Positions 52,950-64,000 of a stretch of 64,000 nt of DNA are shown one piece after another. The translations under genes and the position numbers were made by a program. Under the pieces are notes generated by a model. It was not told the DNA's origin, did no database searches, and worked only from the letters and a program-made list of their open reading frames with translations. The stretch is from NCBI RefSeq assembly GCF_006345805.1, contig NC_043002.1, positions 18,476,001-18,540,000 on the forward strand. Reading direction: 5' to 3'. The first letter of the stretch is position 1. Every line of letters begins with the position of its first letter. The DNA comes from Octopus sinensis. Taxonomy: Eukaryota.

Positions 52950-53690
52950 GTTTGCAAGAGATGAGAACGCCAAGACAGATACAGGTGGCTATCAATGAGG
53001 AGGAGTGACCTGAAGATAGAGACAGATACATTCAGCCCAGGAACAAGCGTTGATAACCAATTATATGAAGCGCAGATTTGACAACACTACCGATAGCGAC
53101 AAATGCAGAATGTGAGGTAAGAGGGGTGAAAGAGTATGGCACATCGTTAGCGAATGCCCGAATACAAACGACACCATGACAATGTGGTAAGAATGATCCA
53201 TTGCGAGTTCTGTGGAAATCACGGCCTACAAAGAACAAAGACGTGGTATGAAAAAAACCACACAAGGAGTCACCGAAAATCAGAACTGCAAAATCCTGTG
53301 GGATGTAATGATCCAGTACGATCACCTGACCAGACATAGAAAACAGGACATTGTTGTGGTGAATAAAAAAGAAAGAACATGTATGATTATCGACATAACA
53401 TGTCCCGGTGACAAAAGGATTAATATGAAAATCGAAGAAAAAAATAAACAACTACGACGATTTAAAGTGAGAAATACGAAGGTTGTGCTCAATGAAGAGA
53501 GTAGACGTGATACCAATAGTAATTGGTATACGGGGACGTATCAGCATTCAGCTACCAACATGGTGAAAAGGATTGCTTAGAACTGCAAGAATTCATCGCA
53601 GGGTTCTTGAAGCATGACCAGTAAACAAGTGTCACCTTAGTCTGCTGGCTGTGGACAGCTAATACTTCCCATCATACCCAGCAAAATGAG
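52950..53690 (+). mobile_element. Second R4/Dong-like 3' fragment (CCHC plus RLE plus 3' UTR) abutting the first
   Basis: Repeats the EQAL-TNY/CCHC region with a different sequence, then ILWDVMIQYDH..RKQDIVVV..IDITCPGD. Confidence 0.85.
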
Positions 53691-53717
53691 CTGTGAGTTT
53701 TCATATACTAATAATTA

Positions 53718-53922
53718 TAACAATTCTCTCTACTATAGATACAAGGCCTGAAATTTTGGGAGAGGGGACTAGTCGGTTACATCCACCCCAGTGTTTCACT
53801 GGTACTTAATCTACCGACCCCGAAAGGATGAAAATCAAAGTCAGCCTCAATCAGAACTTAGCGACGGGCTAAATACCGCTAAACATTTCGTCTAGCGTGC
53901 AAACGATTCTGCCAGCTCGCCT
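53718..53922 (-). mobile_element. SINE family A, diverged
   Basis: Family-A core and head on the minus strand. Confidence 0.8.
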
Positions 53923-53954
53923 CCTTTATAATAATAATAATATTAATAATAATG

Positions 53955-54036
<82 letters not shown>

Positions 54037-54174
54037 GTCTTTTTTATTCTTACTAAAAGGCTTCAGATCATAAAAAATATATTAAAAAAAATAAATAGAT
54101 TATTTAATACAAACGGTAAGACTCTTTAGTAAAGATATAGACATGGAATTTGGTATAGATAAGTGTGAAATATT

Positions 54175-54402
54175 TATTTCTTTATTACCCTCAAGGGAGC
54201 TAAACATAGAGGGGACAAACAAGGGGATCAAGTCGATTACATCGACCCCAGTGCGCAACTGGTACTTGTTTAATCGACCCCGAAAGGATGAAAGGCAAAG
54301 TCGACCTCGGTGGAATTTGAACTCACAACATAACGACAGACGAAGTACCGCTAAGCATTTTCGCCCGGCGTGCTAACGTTTCTGCCAGCTCACCCCCGCC
54401 TA
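54175..54402 (-). mobile_element. SINE family A nested in the LINE, 16-bp TSD
   Basis: ATAAGTGTGAAATATT at 54159-54174 and 54403-54418. Confidence 0.92.
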
Positions 54403-54996
54403 ATAAGTGTGAAATATTAGTCATGAAAAAGGGTCGGGTAGTCAACAGTGAAGGCGTCCAATTACCAGATGGCCAGACATTAAAATCATTAAAAGGAGAG
54501 AGTTGTAAGTATCTAGGAGTATTAGATATCTAACAGAGCACTAACTATAGAAAGGAAAACGAAAACTGAGAAGGAGTACATCAGAAGGGTGAGAAAGCTA
54601 ATGAAGTCAAAGCTAAATGGTCCGAATTTGTAGATTGGACAAAATCTGAATGAGCAAGTCTACACAGAAGTAAGAAGAAATTCAGTACAAATAGAGGACC
54701 TCTCTCAAGAACAGGAGTAGTAAGATTATACTTACCTGGAAAGGTAAGATAGAATAGGGTTAATATCAGTGTAAGACTGTGTGGTGTTAGCTAGAGTAGA
54801 TGTAGGTAATAGTGAAAGAAATTTAAGAGCTGCTAGAGTCACAAGACATAAGGAAACCAAAAAGCCAAATGAAATTAAAACCCAAGAAAGGAAGAAGGAT
54901 ATCAGACTGGCAAGAGAAGACTTAACATGGTAGATTCCCAAAGATAATTGCAGCAAATAGTAGCAGAGAGATATGATTATGCTTGCAGAAATACTG

Positions 54997-55080
54997 TTTA
55001 CATTATTTACATTCGATGGATATTTGTCCTCATCTTGTTTGTTGTTAACACAACGCGTCGGCTAATATACGCTCCAGTCA
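54997..55080 (-). mobile_element. Family D tail fragment
   Basis: TTACATTATTTACATTCGATGGATATTTGTCCTCATCTTGTTTG..., cut inside hammerhead stem II. Confidence 0.8.
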
Positions 55081-56013
55081 GCTAGAGTAGATATAGACTC
55101 CTATGTAGGTAATAGTGAAGAAAGCTTAAGAGCTGCTAGTGTCACAAGATATAAGGAAACCAAAAAGCCAAATAAAGTTAAAACCCAGAAGAAACATTAT
55201 CTGTCAGGCAAGAGAAGACTTTTCGTGGTAGATTCCCAAAGATAATTACAGCAAATAGTAGTAGTGAGACATGATTATGTTTGCAGAAAGAGAAGCAGAA
55301 AAGGGAGGCAGAAAGTTTGTTAGTAGCTGCACAAGATCAAGCATTAAGGACTAATTGGATAAAAGCCTAAATAAACAAAAACCAGGTAGATTCCTAATGT
55401 CGGTTATGTAAATCAAAAAAAGATAGTGCTACTCATATAGTAAGTGAATATAGCATGGTGGTACAGAAAGAATACAAGAATAGTCATGACAACCTAGAGA
55501 GCATAATCCACTGGGAATTATGTAGGAATCTAGGATTTTACGATAATGATAGATGGTATGAACATGAACCTAGTAAATTAGTAAAAAGTAAGAAAGATGT
55601 TGTGGGACTTTAACATTGAGATGGACAGAGTAATAGAAACTAGAAGTCTTGATTTAGTAGACAAAAAGAATAAAAAGTACCATATAACTTTACAGTTCCA
55701 AATGATGAGAAAGTCAATATGAGAGGTATAGAAAAAATAGCAAAGTACTACGATCTAGCCATTTAATTACAGAGACTATGGGAACTATTAGTAACTATCA
55801 CTAAGTATTTGAACAGATGGACATGGAAAATAGGCATAAAACATAGTCTTGTGCAACTCCAGAAAAAAGTGTTATTAGGGACAGTTAGAATACTTCGGAG
55901 AGTTCTTGGCATCTAAGATTACTTGTTGTAACCCGATGTTAGGAATTTTTCCAACAGTCTAATCTGTTGTGCGTATATAAAATAATAATAGTAATAATAA
56001 TTTATATACTTAC

Positions 56014-56762
56014 CTTGATATCTCCGCCTGACAGGAACACTTCAGCCACCAATAAAGATCCAGCTATAATCATTCCAATGAGCAATATTATCAAAGGGCC
56101 AGCAAATAAAGTGATGTTAAGACCGCTGAAGATGTTGTCATGTATTGAAGTGATTTTATCAAAGTATGCTTGACTGTCCATGAAGACTTCCCAAAAGATA
56201 GTCGTGTGACATTCACCCAGCATCCATTTCTTATGTATTTGTTCAATAATATCCATTTCTTTTAGGCTAATAATAGCATGATTTACCTCATTACTCAGTA
56301 AAGAATTCTTCTGCGTGACAAAGGAATAAGAGTGATCTCCTATGTCTCCGACTACCATAAGGTCACAGGGTTTTTGACTAACTAAAAATTCAGCCAGATC
56401 GCCTTCCATAATATAGGCATACATGCCATTTGATTCTCGCACCCTTTGCAAACCTTCCTCTGTTGACGATGTCAAAACACTTTGATCCTTCATGATGTTT
56501 TCATAAATATGTCTTTCCATAGCAACTGATGACCTTTTAAAATAACGGAGAGTTGAACCTGATTTTAAGGCCCCATAACGGACTTCACTTTGTTTGGCCA
56601 TTTCATAAAAAGTTGTGAATGGTAGAAAAGCATTCTTTGGTCTGTTTGCCAGTAAGTGCGCTGCCATGGAACCGATGTAAAGAACCAGTGTTACCAAGAC
56701 GAATATCCACCAAAACACGCTGAGTGTTCTTCCAGAATAAGACCGAGGCGCAATACGATATC
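56014..56762 (-). CDS. iGluR-like exon: M3, S2, M4
   Basis: Acceptor ATTTTTAG, donor AAG|GTAAGT; encodes [19 protein letters not shown]... Confidence 0.93.
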
Positions 56763-58782
56763 CTAAAAATATATATATATATAATTATGAATATGAATAT
56801 ATGAGTACCTATGTATGTGTTCGTGATAAATATATGTGTGTGTATGTGTATGTATGCATATATATATATATATAAATTTACATGTGTGTGTGTATTTGGG
56901 TGTCAACCAGAAACGGTCAGAAAGACACGAAACGCCGCACCATTTGACTTTTGTTGGCAAAGTATGAACTTCCGGAGCTGATGTGATGAAAGATTTAAAT
57001 TAATTTAATTTATTTCAATTTATTTTCCCCTTTATTTCAGTATGACTAAATCATCCTTTTAAAACGACTGAAACTGGAAGTTTACTTTCTTTAAAATGTT
57101 ATTAATACATTTTCCAAGATAAAATTTCCAAAGCATTTTCTTTTTTTTCTATTCTTAATGTATTTTTAAATGTGTATGTATATATATGTGTGTGTGTGTG
57201 TGTATGTGTGTGTGTGTGTACTTGTATGCTTGTATGCACATATAAATGTGTGTGTAGGTAAATATGTATGTGTGTATGTATTTATAATCACAAATCAGGC
57301 TGTTATAGGTGGTAAGAATTCATTTATATGAGATGCTACACATACATATCCATATTACAATATGAAGATAGATCTTTACAGCTGTTTCAAAGATTCAGTG
57401 ACTGGTTGAGGCTATAATGCATATCATGCAAAAAGACGTACATAATGAGGTCATACATATACACAGCAAGTAAACATAATTATTATGAACTGGCATGAAA
57501 CATGATACGTTAATATTTTCAAGCAGGATACTCCGAATATTTTCATCAGAAGGATTAGTGACAAATGCAATAGTAACAGGTCACATTTTTATGATAATAC
57601 ACAGGCATCACTAAACAGAAATTGAAATTATAGGAAATTTCTTAGAACATGAATTTGTAAAAGTAGTTCCAGACGGTAAAGTTTTTAATATTGCTTTCTT
57701 TTAGTACTTTTAGTAATACATACCAAATACCTAGTTGGTAAGCAGCTTTCTCCATTGTAGTATAGATACATAAGTATAGCTAAAAGACTGTATCTAACAT
57801 ACATACATACATACATACATACATACATACATACATACATACATACATACATTCATTCATACATACATACATACAATCATACATAAATGCATACATACAT
57901 ACATACATACATACATACATACAATCATACATAAATGCATACATACATACATACATCATACATACATACATCATACATACATACATACATACATACATAT
58001 ACATACATACATACATACATACAATGTGGCTAGATTACAAGAAAGCCTTTGATTCCGTTCCCCACTCATGGAAGCTAGAAGCTCTTCAACTTCCTAAAGT
58101 TCCAGTGAGAATAGTCAAAGCCATAGCTGACCTGGCTTCATCGTGGACCGCCATCTTGAAATTAAACCTGATATAATGATTTAGGATAGAGGAGAGAAAC
58201 TGTGTTGTGGAAATTAGCTGCCCAACGGATGTAAACGTAAAGCTGAAGATCAGTGAAAAAGAGAACACCTATGCTGAACTATTGAGAAATCTATAGTTAC
58301 TTTATTCAGATTACCAGTTCAGGTTTATACCTGTAATTATTAGGGTACTTGGATATGTAACACACTGACTAAATACCAATCTTCAGAAATGGGAGTTACG
58401 ATTCAAGAAAATTCTTCTTATAAATGTTTTGCTTGTATCAGGTACGTATATATATATAAAGTGAGGGAGGAAGAGGAGGAAAAGCATTTCTCTTAAATGT
58501 GCACTGAAAACATGTATGCGTTCTCGCTGTGCCTTTTTACCAAAGTTTTTCTCATATTTCCATGCAAGTTCCTTTCCATTTTTTCCTTAACAGTTATGTT
58601 CCCAAAGCCACCATTAAAATTTGTAGAGCCTTCATGTTGATGTATGAGATAAAGTGATGTAGGCTTGTGTTGTTGCGTCGAACCTTTGAAAGTCTGATAT
58701 TTTGATAATGCGTATGAGGATTTTACTATAATAATGATAATAATAATAATGATGAAATAATAATAATAATATAATAATAATA

Positions 58783-58828
<46 letters not shown>

Positions 58829-58855
58829 TATGATAATAATGATAATAATGGTAAT

Positions 58856-58936
<81 letters not shown>

Positions 58937-61815
58937 CGATACGAAATTATAGAAAGGACCTCGGTAAAGAAAATACAATTAATTTTATAGACAGTTGTGT
59001 TTTAGATACAGCATGCACAATCTTACACAGTTACAAACATGCGCACATAACTGAGCTTTTAATTTGATAATGGACTTGATAATTAAGACTGGTCTGGACT
59101 GGATTGGTAAAATGCATTTGCATACTTTAAGAATGTGAGTGAACAAATAGTAATAAAAATGAAAGGTAAGTGCCATCATTGTGACACAGCATCACTTACC
59201 TTGCCACATGAATGTACTGAAGGTGAACCAAAAACTATTCATACAATTAAAACTGCTACGTTTTTCCGAATCAACATCCACGTCCGACGTGTTTGTCCAT
59301 TCATACGGACTAATTCGACCGATTATTGCCAGAAAGCTACCGGTCAGTACATAAGCTAATATGATGAAACACCAAACAGGAGTTGTGAATGGTTTTAAAA
59401 TAATGAAAAGTCCACGTGTCACTTGTGTCAGCTTTGGTTTTTTAATAACGATTTTATATCCAGAACTTAGAAATGGAAAAGACATATCCACATGTCTCAA
59501 ACGGTTTGAATCGAGGGTAAGAGGAGCGGCAGCGATATCAGCATGCTGAAAAGGAAATAATTACTTCCTTTAGAATGGAAACTAGACCAAAATCTATTGG
59601 TTTGACTTCAAAGATGATGCTAGAGGTTATTAATTTTAAGAAAATATGAATGAGTACAGTTTCTTGTATTTGAAACCGAAATCGCATTATCAGGGAGCAA
59701 ATAGCACATTATATTTCTTTACTGCCCACAAGGGGCTAAACATAGAGGGAACAAACAAGGACAGACAAAGGGATTAAGTCGATTACATCGACCCCAGTGC
59801 GTAACTGGTACTTTATTTATCGACCCCGAAAGGATGAAAGGCGAAGTCGACCTCGGCGGAATTTGATCTCGGAACGTAACGACAGACAAAATACGGCTAC
59901 GCATTTCGCCCAGCTCGCTGCCTTAAGCAAATAGCACATTACATCGCATCGGGAGTTTTAACATCATTTTTTTGAAATTTTAAATGTAAGTTTTAAATAT
60001 TGACAAACTGGGACCTAATCTTATAATTGCCTGGGTAGGCTAAATATATTCCTTTTCCAATAGCATTAGTAAAGTAAATGAAATAAGATGACTAATTAAT
60101 TTAAACATCGTCTAAAGGATATAAAAATGTTATTTAAAGAAAATATAAATGAAATTTTTTCTTGGGGTTTAAATTTCCATCAACGAGGTACTGCTGAGGG
60201 ACTAAGGAGTTCACTTTGTAACTATGTGTCTTTTGGGGTACGATCACAGCATTTGATACCTTGTGTAAATGTGTCTTACCAATGCCTTGGATCAACCAAA
60301 GTCTTGTACAGAAAATCGACCAGTTCAACTTCACCCACTTCCTTCTGGGAGATTTGAGCGGGGCCTATTGCGTTTCAAGTATTTGATCCTGGTCTCCTTA
60401 ACTTTCGTAATCAAACCTTCTCGAGGTTGCCTAAAAAGGGTCGTGGACGCCGCGCTTCTTTTTTTGCTTACAAATCTATTAAAAATAAGTTTCTATTTGT
60501 TTAATAGAACAAAAGTCTGGAGATGTTTCCAAGAGAATAGGAACATCCATTAATTATTATTACACTATAGTACTGCCCATTATATGACGGGTAACTTTGG
60601 AAGTATATTGATGGTAATGCTGTCTTTACTTCTCAAACAACAAATAAATAAATATTAGATTATTTTCACTTGACACAAGAACAAATTCTACTAAGCATGG
60701 TATAATTTTTATCCTTTAGTCAGGAGAGAAGGCAGTGTCCAAGAACTGCTACCGGATCTCAGATGCAAGTGGATGTGGGGAGGAAGGTGCATTCAAACAG
60801 GAGACCTCTCCCGAATGCTTGTAATATTAAACCGACCAAAGTAGGCTATTACAGGACTTGAATTTTAAGAGCCGGAACAAAAACTGCAAGGCATCCGGTT
60901 CGATAATTTGCAGTTCCACCAATCCACAGACTTACATTCATATCTTTTGAACGACCATGAGAAGCTGACTGAAAAAATTATCCTCGACGGGATTTGAACT
61001 CAGAGTGCAAAAGAGTCAATACAAATACTGCAAAGTATTCTGCCCAACGCTTTAATGACTCTGCCAATTCACTGCTTTATCGTGTCAGACAAACGTCGAT
61101 GAACGTACAAAGCTAAGGTGATGCGCTGCAAGGTACCAGGATTTTCGACTCGAGTCAAATATAGCAAACTGCTGCAAATCGCTGTTAGAATATCCGTACA
61201 GGTGGAGTCTATCCCGGTTAGTTTGTATGGCATCTAGTTGTATAAGTTCTAATTATGAAGTCAGTCTCTGAAGAAAGAAATGTGGATAACTGAGATGGAT
61301 GAAAATGGTTCACCCATTTCATACCATATGTTCTTGAAACGGCCGTAAGAATTTGAACTTTCACTTGATTTACCAATCGATTCCTCTTAAAATCATTGCG
61401 AACCATTCTTTCATCCATTTGGTAATTTAGATTCATGCAATTATGACCTTGCATGGATAATAACTTTCTCATAGATTCCAAACACAGACGTACAAGTTCA
61501 TACTATATCATGAGAGTATAGCTATGTTTTGTATTTCATATCGTATTTACATATTTATATTTACGCGTATTTTTATGAAGTATTCCGATGTCGGGAAATA
61601 TACTGACGAGATGAACTCTGACTCCTGAAATTTATTCTCTTCTCTTTATATTAATATTTATATTTCATGTTCTATTAATTAGGACGCTAATGAGTTGTTC
61701 TGTACAGGGAGATAATTACCTTTCTATCTGATTATATACATTATACATATATATCTATGTATGTATGTATGTATGTATGTATGTATGTATGTATGTATGT
61801 ATGTATGTATGTATG

Positions 61816-61896
<81 letters not shown>

Positions 61897-62163
61897 AAAA
61901 AAATACAAACACAAAAAAAAACAACGCGAGGACGTGGTACATGTAAAGTATTAGCAGATGCTCAAGGAAGGAAAGAAAGGTGGTTTAACGTTTCGAGCAG
62001 ACGCTCTTCTTCAGAAACAGAGGAAAGTCCAATAGAAAAGGAAGACAGAGCCCCAGCCTCCTGACTGACTTTGGAGTACCTAATTCGCGGAATTCTCTCA
62101 ACCATCGGATTACATTACCTTTTTCATTCGGAATACGCCATTTCTGCACGTTGATTGTGAATC

Positions 62164-62200
<37 letters not shown>

Positions 62201-62486
62201 GTTAGAGACATTAGAGACATATGCATCAGAGCGTTATCAATATCTTTTTCAGCGGATAAAGATATATTTTCAAAGTAGTTTCAAGTCGCCTTACCCCTGA
62301 TACAACTTCTCCAATCATTCCGGTCCAGTTTCCATCTTCATCAATATGTCCAAAGCGTCCGTCTTTCACTAAGTTTATGTCAAAGGTCACATTCATTAAT
62401 GGAGCCATCTGAGCTAACATGTCAACTATGTAGCCATGCTGTTCTCTTCCGCTTTCATGCTTTTCTTCCATGTAAAAGGGAGGAAT
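56014..62486 (-). CDS. Divergent ionotropic glutamate receptor / IR-like subunit, 3 exons, partial at both ends (429 codons)
   Basis: Exons 62486-62295, 59545-59200 and 56762-56014 with GT-AG sites and matching phases (0,1). S1 [22 protein letters not shown]...R..VDMSFPF; M1; M2 SFWF; M3; S2 [18 protein letters not shown]...C; M4. Confidence 0.93.
58023..58400 (+). mobile_element. RLE LINE fragment with RT start fused to the endonuclease (large internal deletion)
   Basis: [15 protein letters not shown] joined to KPDIMI...VEISCP.D.NV...EKENTY...IPVII. Confidence 0.75.
58730..58933. repeat. (AAT)n microsatellite
   Basis: Direct reading; similar tracts at ~48520-48618 and ~53930-54035. Confidence 0.95.
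59200..59545 (-). CDS. iGluR-like exon: end of S1, M1, M2
   Basis: Acceptor TTTCCTTTTCAG, donor G|GTAAGT; encodes [25 protein letters not shown]...[13 protein letters not shown]. Confidence 0.93.
59712..59925 (-). mobile_element. SINE family A with 16-bp TSD
   Basis: AGCAAATAGCACATTA at 59696-59711 and 59926-59941. Confidence 0.92.
61983..62018 (-). ncRNA. Intact minimal type I hammerhead motif
   Basis: GTTT-CTGAAGA-A-GAGC GTCT GCTC-GAAA-CG-TT-AAAC; all stems pair; lies within a pLTR-like repeat at ~61915..62075. Confidence 0.8.
62295..62486 (-). CDS. iGluR-like exon: S1 first half
   Basis: Acceptor TGTTTTCTCCAG, donor GGG|GTAAGG; encodes IPPFYM...[18 protein letters not shown]...[23 protein letters not shown]. 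Confidence 0.92.
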
Positions 62487-62759
62487 CTGGAGAAAACAAA
62501 AACAACCCATTAAGCAAGAATATAAAGCTGTCGAGTAAAAAGACACAGAATTATGTAACCGTCACCTAATTTGTCAGTTACATGGGTGATAATGTACAGG
62601 AAGCAGCAGATAGCTTCAGATTTATAGTCTTGGTAAACGTTTCATTAACAAACTCACAGTGTGCATTGATTTAAACCCTATTGGTAACTGAAAAATAAAA
62701 CGATGAAACATTAGCAGCATGAAGGCGCCATTATTACTTAAATTAATAAGCGTCACACT

Positions 62760-63034
62760 CATTTTAGTCATTAGAGTGCGGCCATGCTGGGGCACCGTCT
62801 TGAAGGGTTTTTATTTGAAAGAATAGAACAAGTTTGGTGCTTAATCTATCGGTCTCTTTTTGTCGAGCTCTTAAGTTACGGAAATGTAAAGAAACCACCA
62901 CCAGTTGTTAGCGGTGGAGGAAGACAAACACAAACACAAAGACACATACACACACACAAACACACACACGCATGCCCGCACACATACACACACACACACT
63001 CACCCGCACACATACACACACACACACACACACC

Positions 63035-63091
<57 letters not shown>

Positions 63092-63250
63092 CGGCAGCGG
63101 GCTCTTTTCGGTTTCCGCCTACCAAATCCACTCACAAGTCTTTGATCGGCCTGGGGCTTCAGTTGGCAACAATTGCCCAAGATGGTTCTGGGACAGAACC
63201 CAAAACCATGTAGTTGAGAAGCGAGCTTCTAACCTCAAGGGCATGCCCAA
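62760..63250 (-). mobile_element. SINE family B, diverged, full length
   Basis: Tail near 62770, central (CA)/(TA)n, head near 63240. Confidence 0.8.
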
Positions 63251-64000
63251 ACCCATAAAAGATAATCAACCACGCCGAGACGCGAAAACGCAACCTTCTG
63301 ATTCGAAGTTAAACGCTTTGTGCCGCACACTGCATTAAAGATAATGATTCAAAATTATTTTGAAATTAATTGAAATGTCGCTATTTGGAAATAAAAGTTT
63401 AATTTCAAATTCTGGTATTTATATTAAATCATATTGAATTAGAGATTTAATCAGAGGACAAGCTGTAGATATGAAGTATGGTAACAACCTAGACATGCTT
63501 GTCTTACTAGGTCTCCTCAATATATTTTTTATCAGTATTTATCAGGCCCTTGATAACAGACATAAACATTTTAAATGAAGTATTTTAGTTCACTATCTTA
63601 AGTACGTTAACACCAACACTTAATTTCTCATGCTGAATATGTAAGTTGGTAATTTCCCCTCTCTCACTCTCTCTCTTTGTTAAAATTATAATTGTTTCCG
63701 ATTTAGATACAAGAAATGTTGTTAATGAGTAAAAGTAAATAGCATACAATTTATTACAATGATTCAGACAGATTTTATACTAGGAAGTAATATGAATAAA
63801 GTTAAATACTTTAGTGTAAATAGTACTATAATCTTGCTACTTTATATCATCTTTATTACATGCAGTAATTGAGATGGCTTATATTTGGAAAACCGCTTCT
63901 GTTTCCACGATTTTATAAACCCTTCCCCGCTAAGCCAGATATCAGCACAAAAGCTTCTAATGTGAATGTCAGTTGCTAACAAAGGATTCACACCTCGTTC

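Larger units (their letters stand above)
54100..55960 (+). mobile_element. Third R4/Dong-like 3' half, decayed, with nested insertions
   Basis: DMEFGIDKCEILVMKKG...CKYLG...AAQDQALRTNW...LQKKVLLGTVRILRRVLGI* across frameshifts. Confidence 0.85.

Noticed and set aside
59200-59210. W at the Q/R site as an RNA-editing product
   Set aside because: TGG is genomically encoded and has no A to edit.

Overview
Eukaryotic, AT-rich, microsatellite-dense DNA. The tRNA-derived SINE repertoire points to an octopod cephalopod (inference; no database search was run). Two spliced ion-channel genes lie on the minus strand. (1) A TRPC-like channel with 8 phase-consistent coding exons (15265 down to 1274, 678 codons); its TRP-box/C-terminal exon(s) were not found in the window. 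(2) A divergent ionotropic glutamate receptor-like gene with 3 phase-consistent exons (62486 down to 56014, 429 codons, S1-M1-M2-M3-S2-M4), open at both ends. It keeps the ligand-contact residues but has W at the Q/R site and LYIGSMAAH in place of SYTANLAAF. The rest is repeat: several tRNA-head SINE families (my labels A, B, C, E, plus an unclassified family F), decayed R4/Dong-like RLE LINEs associated with (TAA)n, RTE/CR1/Penelope/mariner remnants, a Helentron-like element, and MITEs with 8-bp TSDs. The most unusual signal is a recurrent palindromic element ('family D', 3 copies plus a fragment). It has two head-to-head tRNA-like Pol III heads joined by an identical 10-nt spacer, and each arm runs through (AAT)n into a minimal type I hammerhead ribozyme motif. 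At least five other hammerhead-like sequence types occur in the window. Coordinates of decayed repeats are approximate; exon, TSD and ribozyme coordinates were counted by hand.
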